From NCBI GenBank assembly GCA_002633005.1, contig NMRA01000617.1, positions 149,682 through 213,681 of the forward strand: a DNA stretch of 64,000 bases. The letters run 5' to 3'. Below, piece after piece: positions 50,688 through 62,707 of the stretch (position 1 is its first letter; each line of letters begins with the position of its first letter). Source of the DNA: Phoronis australis (taxonomy: Eukaryota > Animalia > Phoronida). The notes under the pieces are model-generated. The model saw only the letters and a list, made by a program, of their open reading frames with translations. It did not search any database and was not told the origin of the DNA. Both the position numbers and the translations under genes were made by a program.

Positions 50688-50877
50688 GAGACTTTTTGGA
50701 AACACTTAGTTTGGATTGTGCTCCTAGTTGAGTTTTTTTGAAGACACTCAATTTGGATTGTGCTCCCAGCTGAAACTTTTTGGAGACACTCAATTTGGAT
50801 TGGTGCTCCCAGCTGAGACTTTTTGGAGACACTCAATTTGGATTGTGCTCCCAGCTGAGACTATGGAGACATTCAAC
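50688..50877. repeat. 42-bp minisatellite, ~4.5 copies
   Basis: Unit GAGACTTTTTGGAGACACTCAATTTGGATTGTGCTCCCAGCT, head-to-tail with no spacers. Confidence 0.92.
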
Positions 50878-53800
50878 TTCCAAGATTTTTAAATAAAAAT
50901 TGTTAATGACATTTTAAGTCCAAAAGCCACCAGATTTAATATTTAGCTTGCGTTCTCTGATAAATTACCTATAGAAGCATTTACTTCGAGAGGTTCCCTT
51001 TTCCAACTATTTGAATATTTTCTACATTTTAAAACATTTGTTGCAAAAGATGTGCTAATTTTTGACAACATGCCTCGTCTTCTCATAATATTTTGGGCAT
51101 AATGAATATAAAACAATGCCAAATTAACACCACGAACGTCATGTTCTGATTATGGGACAAAACCCTTCAAAACGCTGACTTTTTCATGGAAGCTCGAAAC
51201 ATATATGTGCTACCAGTATTTTCCGTGTCCGCTCTCTAAATGGGAGAATACAGCTACATTCCCGTAACTTTTCAACTATAAGACACAATCAAGCAAGCAA
51301 ATTTCGGGTTATTGAACTGCATGCGCTTGTCTATTTCCTGATAAAGAATAAACACACAGGCCAGTTCTATCGCGTTTATTACAAAGAATCATATGAAAAA
51401 CACCATAAGAAAAAATGTGCCACCCACAACATGAACCAAAACAACGATTTTCCAAGACGACACTGTATGGAGCTGCAACTTCCTTTGCAGTCATTAGGTG
51501 TTGTATTCGGAACGGAATTTCCATTTCCTATCCTCTTGTACCCGGTAGAAAAACGCATAGCATGATTAGCCTACTTTACGAAGAGTAAGGGTGCTAATGC
51601 ACTTAGGAGCCGAGTGAAGCAACGCGCCCTCACTAATCTTTTCAAAAAATTTGATGTATGCTTTGCAACTCTGAGCGACAGTAATCGGCGACATTGAGAG
51701 AATGAATAAAAGACGCAAAGTTGAACAGAATTACACAAATTCCTCTCAGACAGACTTAAGCAATTGCTCGGAGATTTTTCATTAAAACACTTCGATTTTC
51801 TTACACGAGTGTTTTTCTTTGGCTCTTTTATTTACGCAAAAAATCTGCGAGGTCAAATTAAGCAGATGGCCCTCAACTGTACAGAACCATGTAACCGTCG
51901 TCAAGGTACCGTTTTGTTCGCAAGCTCACCTTGTCCGGCGTGTAATTCTAGACTTTGTCCAACAATACATCTCTCTGCTGGTCATAGTTACCCCCAAAAC
52001 TGCAAGTATTAGCAGTTATAATTATCACGTTATCAGATTTGTAACTGAAACCGCACATGGTCTCTTGGGAAAGCGAGTTTTGTATTATTACGATATGCCG
52101 CCACCTGTGGCCAAGATTATTCGAAACGTTCTACCTTCAGCAAGATATTCAGTATGTTGCTTAGTCAAAAACTAGACACATATCGCACAGCAGTCTAGTG
52201 CTTGGTTTCGTACCCGGGATGCGGGCCTTTAAACTTAACTCACTACGTCACAAACACGGTCCTATACCCACAGAGCACAAGTTTACCCACTCAAAAAATC
52301 CCCGTGCTCACAGACTGGACCGACGAACAATTACGTGGATGACTCGGCGATTCATCTGCGAGTCATGTGAACAGATACAGGGCCGCGCTTGCGGTCCAGT
52401 ACCCACGCCTCCTGAGTGTCTAAGCTGTTTTGTGAGTGCAGGAATGTTTGCGAGCCAGTGAACTGCTTTATGAGTCCCAAATCCCAGTTTACTAGCGCAG
52501 CGCTATGTTTTGAATGCCTGAGCCCTGTTGTTGGGATAGCCTGCTACTCTCTGCTTCAGTGGGAAAGATTCACAGACACTAACTTGATATGTTCCATTTT
52601 GAAGTTTTCGATTTTGGCTTAACCTAATATTAGGGAAGTTCGGATTTATGTTAACAATAAAATTTTTAGATAAAGGTAACAAATGTGGCTTTCACGAGAC
52701 ATTCCAGCAGAAAATTCATTTCATGTTTTCTCACAAATAAAATACAATATCCTGGTGTCGCCACAGTGCAGTTTCTACAGCACTGTCGATTTAATAACAA
52801 AAGTGATATATCTTCATCCAGGAAATTATTCCATGAAAATAATTGCAAGCAGACTTTTATCTACAAACAGTTCAGCCAATCAAATCAACAGGAATCTTCT
52901 ACTTAAAGGGACATTCTTGGCGAGAAAATTGATTTTCTGAGATAGTCTCAGAGCAGAATCTACCTGCATGAACCCTACGGTCACAGTTTAATGCTATGCT
53001 GGCAGAGCTAAATCCCACCAGATAAATGGCTGTGTATTTAAACTGTATTTAATTTGTAAAATCACCAGCCTGGATTTCAGTGAACATCAGGCAGACAATG
53101 ACGACAGTTGATGATTTGTAAAACAATCACAAATTTACAATGGATTTTGTTAATTTTTAGCACCGTTCAAAGCTTACAACTTCACATCCGACAATATTCA
53201 TGAAATGCATTTTTCAGCTGTAAAATTGATAATTTCCCTGTAAATCTCAATTTCTCTGTGAATTCCCATCTAAGGTAACATCTTCCAAAACACAGAGTAC
53301 CTGCTTACCTATGACTGACACAAAGTACAATTGCTGAGTAACATCTGACAAGATGAACTGTGTGCAATCTTTAGTATCTTGGTTCACGCCAGTGTAGAAC
53401 AAACTCAACCTGGTATGTAATGCATGTTGTCAGATTGTGAGCACTCCATGTGAAAGACAGTTACCGAAGTATACTACACAGTGCACTGCACACATTTGCC
53501 AAAGAATAACGGTAAAATCTCACCAACTTAGGACACAATATGGCGGACGAGTGAACTTTTATTATCGTATTTTTTGTAAGTGACACATAGTACCAAAATA
53601 CTGCTTTACCATACTCAAATTATATACTACAGCTTACAACATTCAATATTTTGAAAACAATGTGGGCATTTGCAGCACAGATAGGAGCAAGTTTGCCACT
53701 TATTTTGGTACAAAATTGGTGATTTTACCATAATTTGACTCATGCATGTGAAGTAGTTGACATCAATAGCGCTCACTGGGTATTGACCTGAATCAGTGTT

Positions 53801-54516
53801 TCTTTTTGTCCAACGAATTTCACTGTACATACTCAAATGCTCTGGGCATTAACCAGTACATGCACACTAAATCTCCCTAGTGTAGGGTTCAAATTTGAGT
53901 GAGCTTTCGCTAAAACATCAGGCAGGAGCAAAGTTCAAAATAAGTCTGCATCCCTGGGTGCACAACACTGTTGAAGATCATAACAATGTCCACTACCTAA
54001 TTACCAGAAAAGCTAGATTTTCTTCCTGGTCATCGTGTTTGGGCAGATGTCAACTTTTATAAAAATTTTTATGAAAATTCAAAATAGTAATATTTTCAAG
54101 TAATTCATTACTTCTCTTTTTTCTAGTAATGGCAGTCCACACACTTCAGTTGAAGGTTGTAGAATTCCCGTGTGGGTGCATGACTTTGACGACCAAACAT
54201 GAACCCTGCTGGTGTAATATCGAATATACCAAAGTTATTGAGGACTGCAGAACTGGTTAACATAGTGACCATTCATCACCACTAGGAATAATGGGAAATT
54301 TAACAGACAACCAGAAAGATGAAAACGCTACCGCATAGTTAAAATTTTAACCAAATGCTGAGTCACAACAGGTCATTAACTATGTATCCACTGCAAGCTG
54401 AACTAATGCGGAAATGTTACTCTAACCATTCGGTAACAGTTCTTGATAATGAACCACTATGACCAGTTGTGTAAAGCACCACCATAACAGCAAATAGTCT
54501 ACCTTTAATCACTTGG

Positions 54517-54673
54517 TTATCCCATAGCAATATCTGTAGGCACACAGATATCATGATAACAATAAAATGATATGTCTCCATTGTCCTCAACAGCCCACAG
54601 CACAGGTACATTGTCATCAAACTGACGGATGATACTGGCGATATCACACAGGTCAGGGGGTGTGTCTGTAAAG
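54517..54673 (-). CDS. TSEN54: TSEN54 last coding exon
   Basis: TTTCAG|(S)FTDTPPDLCDIASIIRQFDDNVPVLWAVEDNGDISFYCYHDICVPTDIAMG*. Confidence 0.9.
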
Positions 54674-57600
54674 CTGAAAGGAAAAGGATGAACATATCAC
54701 AGGTGTTATCACCACATTGATTGATGATACTAGCAATATCACATATAGGTCAGCAGGAGTAACTGTAAAGCTGAAAGGGAAACAATGAACATATCACCAC
54801 ATTGGTTGATGATACTGACAATATCACATACATGTAAGGGGGGTTTGTCTATAAAGCTGAAAGGGACAGTGAACATATCACAGGCGTTATCACCACATTG
54901 GTTAATGATACTGGCAATATCACATATAGATCAGGGAGTGTGTCTGAACATATCACAGACATTATCACCGCACTGGTTGATGATACTGAGAATGTCACAT
55001 ATGTACAGGTCAGGGTGTGTGTCTGTAAAGCTAAAAGGGAAACAATGAACATATCAAATATGAAAAGAAGAAAAACAGGAAGTAGAGAAATACCAGCAAC
55101 TTTCTGTAGCTTATAACATAATAAGAATTCTAATATTGCAGCCAAAATGTTAATGATATTTGGACAGTTTTGCCATGAAACACCATGATTTGTTCTCAAT
55201 ATGACCAACAGATTGCCGACCAGCAGAGCAGGTGGGTTCCTGCAGGGTCCTCAAAGCCAAATAAGGAACCAGTCGTGGACATGGCTAAGAAAGTAGCTCA
55301 AGTTCTGTACTACCATGCTGCCAGAAGGTGGCACTGTGAGCAAGTCATGAACTTCCCTATTTAACTGTAAGGTGACAATTTTGATGCATTTGACTCCATC
55401 AATCAACAGAATATCTTTGATGCTGTCGATTGAGCAGATTGTGACAGTGCAGGAGTTTCTGAAGACACATCCACTTATAATAATAACTGGAAACTTTTTG
55501 AATCCAGCGGTGGAACCACGATGATGGTTCTAAATCTGAATGGTCCGTGAGGTTTACTCAAAATGGACAAAGCAATTCCGAAATGATTTTTGTCAGAGAT
55601 AGAAAAATATTTTTTCTTTCACAAAAGCATTGATCATTCCCATCAGAATTACGCTTAACACAAGTTCCATCCAATAACCATCTCATTATTCATATTTCCA
55701 TCAGACGCATGCTAACCCTTAGTACTTTGATTTGCATTTTCTACTGGTGTGCCCCACATACAATGCATATGTAATTAAAATACTAGAAACCTCACAAGTG
55801 ACATTTTACACAATGTCCTGATGTCATAAATTACATTATATTGTTAAAAAACTTGCTTGCTGTTTATGTTAAGTAAACAACCAAACAAATCACCACCAAA
55901 TTGCTGCATTAGGTTTTCTCTACACAAATTCCGATTTCAAGTTCAACATTTCAATTTTTCTGCCATCAAGTTAAAAGGCACCATTTTCATTGATAGTTAG
56001 CATTTTGTTGAATGTTTCATGCATGAATTTATTTTATTATGCTCTTAGCTACCTGTGGTAACAGACAATTAATTGAAAAATTATTGTAATGTGTCAAAAC
56101 ATTAAATGTAGACTACATATTTTTAGGGCGTTTATGAATTTGTACAATTTGAATAAAAAATTCAATTTCATACAAATTCGAGGACAATGAAGAGAATCAA
56201 ATTCAAACACAGTCCAAATAAGTGAATGTGACCCACTTAGTAGTCCAGGCCCTCTCACTTGGTGTGTTGACAAAATAGGTAAAACATACTAAATTATCCA
56301 CTGCATTAAGCTCTTAAAGTTATGCAGATCCCTGGAAAAATTCCAGTTTTGGCCAAATTCGTAATATCGTATCTCAGAAATGACTGATCAGATTCACGCG
56401 AAACTTTGAGATACATTGCTTTATACAATGTTCTTCAACAGGCTGTTAGGAATTGTTTTTAAAATCTTCCACTTTTGCACGAGGGACCATAAAAAAGGAA
56501 CAAAATGATTTTTAGGAAAATTTTCAGAGTTGCATAAACGAAAACAAAAACAATAATTAAGAAAACTGTAACAAGCATTTTTCAGGTTTTATCTTAAATA
56601 TTTGTATTGTATGAAATTTTGTCATGTTACTTTTCCTGTTTTGCTATGAACGGAGATTTCTTTTTTGCTAAATTTCCTTACAAAAGCAAGGTCATGTGAC
56701 CTAATTAGTGGTATGAAGTCAAAAATCAAATTCTACGAAATTTCTACTAATTTTTTGCATAAATTATATATTTTTGCTGGGTTAAATTCTATAGTTTTGT
56801 AGATATTTGGAGGCCCCTATGTAGCCTTAAATGAGGAACGAGAGTTTTGGCTTATCCAGTTGTCGGTCCCTGCAGAATAGTGGAAACTGGTTGTAATACT
56901 TGTCACCAGAACAAGATGGTGAGGAAGGGGTAACACTCAAGCAACACATGGCTGAGAGATTAGGTCAAGGCGAAGGGAGTTAAGGCCAAAAGTGTTGATC
57001 TGCATGTTTATTGTGAAAATAAAGTCAGTGGTGCAGTAATTTTTAGTTATTTGATTTTTAAAAAAGAAAATCCACCAGAAATGAGCAAAAATGATACGGA
57101 TGATTTTTTACTCATCGCTTGGCAAATCGTGGTGATCCAAACCTTGCCTATGTCCGCTCACATCCCTTTGCGCAGCTTTTCAACAAAACAAAAAACGCAA
57201 AACGTTGGTAGAAACTGATGCAGACGGACGTTTAATAATTTAATCGGTTAGAGGCCAGAACCAACTATGTTTTTTTGGTCTGACAACAGGTGCTTTATTC
57301 TCAAATTCTCTAACAAACTACGGAGGACATCACCTGAAGGGAGCAGTAACTCAATCATTAGGCACTGCATATCATGTCTCAACTGGCAGCTATGAATATT
57401 TTCCAGTTGGGATCACAATGGCCACTTACCACAGCGCCTGGACATTTACGACCTCTTTTGTTTGGACGCTAGGGAACAAAGATGGGTGTCAGTGATAACT
57501 ACTACCTGTTTGTGACAACACTCTTTCTCACCCATCTTAGACAATGCGGTCTTTAAACTAAATCCATCACTTAAAATTGAACTTTTTCATTGTTTGATTG

Positions 57601-60600
57601 GCAAAAATTGGTTAGCAAATAACAGTCTGAAGAAAAGAACAAGAGCAACGCAGAGCGTTGAAATGCGCCCACAATTGCACCGCATACGGTATCCTTCTAG
57701 GGTTGTTTATTGGTACCATAAAGTGGCCAGTAGAGGGCATATATGTAGTATGTTGTACTTTGCAAAATGGAAAGGCATGGTCATTGTCTCCTCAATAGGC
57801 TAGGGGCAAAATGTGAGTNTCCACCATTTTACCTAGCATTTGTAGTGATTACAAACCTAGTAGTGCACACTCTGAACGCAGGTACACCTGGCTTGGACTT
57901 TTTATACTTCCCACCAGGTGGGTAGACATCAAACTTGATTTGGAACTCGTTGCGACATAGTAAGGCGGGATCTTCCTTTGAAACACTGACGCTTTTGATG
58001 ACTTGTAGTTTTTCCAAAACTGCACCTAAAATATAGATGAAATGGCCAAGTTTAAACAGGAATGCACCCATGAGACCATCTGAAATTTTTGAAAGTGGGT
58101 TCAATAAAAATGTTGCCTGGTATGCAATTGATTTCTATGAAAAAATTGAAATGACACATCATAGCTGCTGGAGACTGAACTAAGTACCTAGGAATTAACA
58201 AGTTGATGTGCTGAAGGTAACTTATCACTGTTAGTCAAACAGAAATGGGCTGGTTTCATGACTCGGCATTAGAGGGAGCAACAAGCTGGTGATAAGGGGA
58301 TTTGAGTGTCCTTTCCTTGTCTCAGTCACAGAATACATGAATAATCTCCCAAAACAAAGTACAGGGCACAGATTAAATATTGCAACATGAGACCGACAAG
58401 TGGAAAATGCTTTGGACTAACATTAACATTGCTTTGTATAGAATTATTATTGTAGATACAATTCAACAGATTACATTATAAACAAACTAAAACACCATAG
58501 CCTACATAATGTCCCTGTACACATTTCTGGTACACAATTTTGCACCACGATTCTATTTGCCCGCTTAGCTCCCCTGTAATTAAGTCAAAAATACCTGTAG
58601 ACACACCATCCTCAGGTTTAATCAAAGGTGTGACTTCATCAGTCCAAAGATGGCTGACAGGGCTGATAAACTCCGGCTTTCGTTCCCTCAGTTCCCTTTT
58701 AAGCTCACGCCAGGTCCTGGCATTACTCGAAGATGTCTTCCACTTTGTGTAATCTTGATATGAGAACTCCGCTTCAGGTTGTGGTTTTCTAGATATTCCC
58801 GATTTGTTGCTAGTGATACGATACCGGTCGATATCAATCGAATACTCCATGTGCTGAGAGATATTTTTAGGCAACAGAGACGTGTTACCCATCAATGGAA
58901 CAACATACATTCCAGTTTTATTGGCGATATCCGGAAGATTAATAGCATTAAAATCCCACACTGAATACCGCCGTGCAGACTGAGAACCCTCCAAATGTCT
59001 GAGATGCTCAGCAGACACACCAGTACATGAGTCATCAAAACGAGTTGATGACAACAGATATTCTGAATCAGTTAGATTATCCTTATAATCACTTTCTTGA
59101 GACAAGAGGGAGCTACACAACTGTGGTTGAGTTGCATCCACTTCTGAAATATTTTCACCTGTGTCAGAATCATCAGCAGTCTTAAATTTCTTATCTTTGG
59201 CAGTGTGAGGGTGCACATCTTTACGTTTTTTCCCACCGAGACTCTTCTCAAACCTGAAAAATAAATACCCAGCACAGCCTAAAACCACAGTTACAGAATG
59301 CATACAACTAAGAAAGCCTATTAAAAGTTGCATTCAATCAGAAGGCAGATTGGGTATCTGAGCTCAGATGAGAGAAGCCTATACTCCTATGATGCAACGT
59401 GTGGTTAGACTTTGCTGATTTCGCACAATAATGTTAGGTATATGCTAATTACTTGTAAGACAGCTGATAAACGTTGTGAGCACTTGTTCTGAGTGGCTAA
59501 TCTACCTGCTGATTAGACATTCAATTTGGCATCTCGTAAAAATCAACATGTTTGAACAAAGTATCAGGCAAATCTAAGCATAATTAGATCTGTAGCCTCA
59601 CTTCAAACAACAAATCAATTCAACAGGTCTCATTGGAAGGCAGAACAAATGTTTAAAGGTCCATGCGTTCAGGTGTAGAAAACAAACTTAATCAAGAAGT
59701 CATGTCCTTAAAACAAAATGTGAGAACTAGCAATTAAACAGAAAACAAGAATTCTATCATTTTAAAGTGCTTATAATCACCAATTTCATATCACAAACAC
59801 CAAAAAAAACAACCACATCAGTCGACCAACTATCAAATTAGAACACCTGCAAACACTCTGATGAATGTTCAAGAATTTTAAATTAATAGCCGATCTCGAA
59901 TTATGAGCGTTTATTTGTGGCATACTACCTTTAAGTCAGAACAACCAATCACAGCGCTAGTCATCCTCCATTGTGTTTAGTGTGGTAAGTCGTAAGATAC
60001 TGCTGCTCATTTTTACTTTATCATGAGCACACCCAGCCTAAAAAATGGGGGCTCGAATTTTTGAGTATGTGGACAGGGTACGTTGAGAGCTATGAAATGG
60101 GCAATCGCCGAATTTTGGTAGTTCATGACTTTTTAGCGGACTTTTTCTCGTTTTCTACTATTTCAAACTTTCTGTTTAGCTGAAGCAGACCTTTTTGCCC
60201 ACTTCGCCAAAAGGGGCGAGCACCCCTCCCATGGGTGTGCGCATGTTTATGGTAAAATAAGAAACAGCCAGGTATTGTTTGTGATGGTTGTGGCTACTAG
60301 TTTTTGACCAGGCTGCCACTCTTTTCACTTTCCTAAGGGACATCAGAAAAGCGTGGATATGGCACATGATTGTAAAAGAAATTTGCGTTTTCATGGACAT
60401 AACGCACTGGTGCTGGGTACATTCATGTCACACTCAAGCCCATGGAGCTCAGAAACTTTCAATTGAAGTCAATTTTCTTCTATTTTCTCATTTTTGGGAC
60501 ATTGAGTTCACAATCGTGATATCCAGTGCTATAAAGATTTAATGGTGCTGACAATGTTGTCACTTGTCAAAACAAGATATATGGTGGTTTTAAGCACTTA

Positions 60601-62048
60601 AAACTATGACTATTATGTATATTTGTGCTGCTATAAATCAGTACATTAATGTGGTTTATGTAAGAGTTATTAGCCTTCTAGAGCGCCATCTGTTGGTCAC
60701 ATCATCTATAGTTTATTCGGAAATGATCTATGTCCTGACCAGCGCTCAAGAGACCCAAGTTCGAGTGCCAGTCAAGACAAATCTAGGTACCTTGAAATGT
60801 CCCAGTGAGCCGCGTGGCTCACGAGCAAGTAACTTTTTTACGATGAAACATACCTTTTGTGCCTCTGTACAACAAAACCCAGTCGATTCAGATGAGCATA
60901 AACCTGATAGTCAGAGAGACTGAAATTTCCACGCTGAAAGAAGGCTGAATAAGCCTGCTGTAGGCTGATTGGTAGACTGCCATACATTATTTCTATGTAA
61001 CCCTGGAATAACAGTGCAAACAGAATTAAAACTTTAATCCAAATGTTGGATAATTAAAATATGAAATCCGTACTTAGGCAAATAAGTACATTCATGCTGA
61101 AATGGTATAAATAATTAATATCATATTTTGTAAAACCTGCAAGTATTATGGCATCAATTCACAATACATACATGATTCTCCTTGAGCAAAATCCAAACAC
61201 AGCACAAATTGCATATTGTAATTTTGTCTCCTAATCTCCCATTTTACCAATTCACAGAAACAACAGTTAGCTACACATTATTTTCACTTGCTGATCACGT
61301 CAGTATTATTTTTACCCCAAAATAACAAAAATAAGTACCACCGCGCAACAGTAATCTTGTAAAGCTGCAATAAAGACTTGGTCTCCTCAAACTTGCCTCA
61401 CGATTTTATACATGGTTGAGAGCTTTTCAAACAAGGCTCAAGATTTCTAAAGATGATGCAAAACATTTCAAATGTGATGCAGCATCTTGCTTGAATACAC
61501 GTAGGAAGAACAATAGGACATGTTGGGAGTGCACCTAACTAATGCAGTTTCTTGAATGGATACTCCCCCTCAAGTATAAGGCCAAAAACATAATTGGTTC
61601 TGGTCATTCACATATTTTTAGTTGCTCACTTTTTTGGGATCAGCAAAAATGATGCGGGATTTATTTCTTAAATCATTGCTTGGCAAATCATGGCGTTTCA
61701 CACTTTGCTGAGCCTTGTTTTACATCCCTTTGTGCAGCTTTTTAGATAAAAAACACAAAACTTTGGCCGAAATTGATATGAGTGGATCTTTTTAAGTCGG
61801 TGAGCGCAGATCTCAAAATTAGTCAGGTTAAAAACCAAGGCTAACTTTCCTACTTTTGACCTGACAGATCTCATTTTGGCAAGCTAACACATGTCATGCC
61901 TGAACACCCTCCTCATCCTTTAAAATATATTGCTATCTTATGCCATCTAACACAACAAACGTACAATATCCAGCAAATAAAGAGCTTCTTCTGGATTCAA
62001 ATACAGTTGACCATCTTCGTAGTGGCCAAACCTGTCCCAACACTTTCC
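54517..62048 (-). CDS. TSEN54: tRNA-splicing endonuclease subunit Sen54, last five coding exons (5' exons not found in window)
   Basis: complement(join(54517-54673,57857-58025,58595-59253,60854-61002,61965-62048)), GT-AG with consistent phases. Motifs GKCW..FG..LNPEEALYLL, LPISLQQAY..YQVYAHLNRLGFVV, LW..VTPLIKP, IKFDVY..YKKSKPG.P.FRVC and NGDISFY match Sen54. Confidence 0.92.
54610..55058. repeat. ~75-100-bp minisatellite derived from the TSEN54 last intron/exon junction
   Basis: About five diverged units. Three upstream units retain a pyrimidine tract and AG|CTTTA (AG at 54771-2, 54857-8, 55031-2). Confidence 0.85.
56318..56826. mobile_element. TTAA-flanked (Kolobok-like) non-autonomous element
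   Basis: TTAA|AGTTATGCAG ... CTATGTAGCC|TTAA, with imperfect short TIRs. Confidence 0.5.
56984..57280. mobile_element. GGCCAAAAA-type MITE
   Basis: TAA|GGCCAAAA...GAACCAACTATGTTTTTTTGGTC|TGA. Confidence 0.7.
57857..58025 (-). CDS. TSEN54: TSEN54 exon
   Basis: AVLEKLQVIK...IKFDVYPPGGKYKKSKPGVPAFRVCTT. Confidence 0.9.
58595..59253 (-). CDS. TSEN54: TSEN54 large central exon
   Basis: 659-nt open exon ending VSHLWTDEVTPLIKPEDGVST; includes WDF..I.LPD. Confidence 0.9.
60854..61002 (-). CDS. TSEN54: TSEN54 exon
   Basis: GYIEIMYGSLPISLQQAYSAFFQRGNFSLSDYQVYAHLNRLGFVVQRHK. Confidence 0.92.
61580..61861. mobile_element. GGCCAAAAA-type MITE
   Basis: TAA|GGCCAAAAACATAATTGGTTC...TTTTGACC|TGA; internal similarity to 56984-57280. 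Confidence 0.7.
61965..62048 (-). CDS. TSEN54: TSEN54 exon (84 nt)
   Basis: GKCWDRFGHYEDGQLYLNPEEALYLLDI|GTACGT. Confidence 0.92.
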
Positions 62049-62316
62049 CTAAAAATAAAAATGGCATTGGAATAAATACAGGTTACCTTTTTAATGGGTG
62101 TTTCTGGTCAATTTCACACATTTGCTAACTGTAAAAGGTATCATAAGATTTTGCCCAGTTGATTTTGATAAAAATGAGTTCAATAAAATAGCAATAACCC
62201 AAACTACAATTGTGAAGCAGCGGGCAAGTTTCGAAAATCTTTGTCCATGTAAGAAAGCTGTTTTATTGCTTTTCCATCTTCGTTCCCGACCCTAGTTCAT
62301 AACAATTTGCAGCCAT

Positions 62317-62707
62317 GTTGCGTATGAACTTGTATTCTTGCTTAATCTCAAGAGCGCATTCATGTGAAGATGGAATACACACTGACAAGTTCACTCAAAT
62401 AATCATGTTCACGTTGATAATAATTTACACTGCACTAAATCAAATTACATCTTAATAAAATAAAGTAAATTTTAAATTACCCTTTTTCAACTTTTGGTGA
62501 TTTATTCACCAAATAATAATTGATTTAACTGTTCACATATTCTGAAGATTCTTTGACACAAGTAACGATAAAGGAGAAATGGGTGATCATGAGGCAAAAT
62601 TCTTTACATTGAAAAAAATCACCTGATTGCCCTAAAGAATATTCAACTCCCAAGTTCACACGTACACGATCTTGAGATTAAGCAGGATTCCAAGTTCACG
62701 CACAACA
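62317..62707. mobile_element. MITE-like inverted repeat (~50-bp arms)
   Basis: TGAACTTGTATTCTTGCTTAATCTCAAGA (~62327) vs TCTTGAGATTAAGCAGGATTCCAAGTTCA (~62670). Confidence 0.6.

Noticed and set aside
50688-50877. Possible CRISPR array
   Set aside because: Units are head-to-tail with no unique spacers, there are no cas genes, and the context is eukaryotic.
59929-60037. AG..GT-bounded segment as an extra TSEN54 exon
   Set aside because: It has stops in all three frames, and the flanking exons already join in phase.
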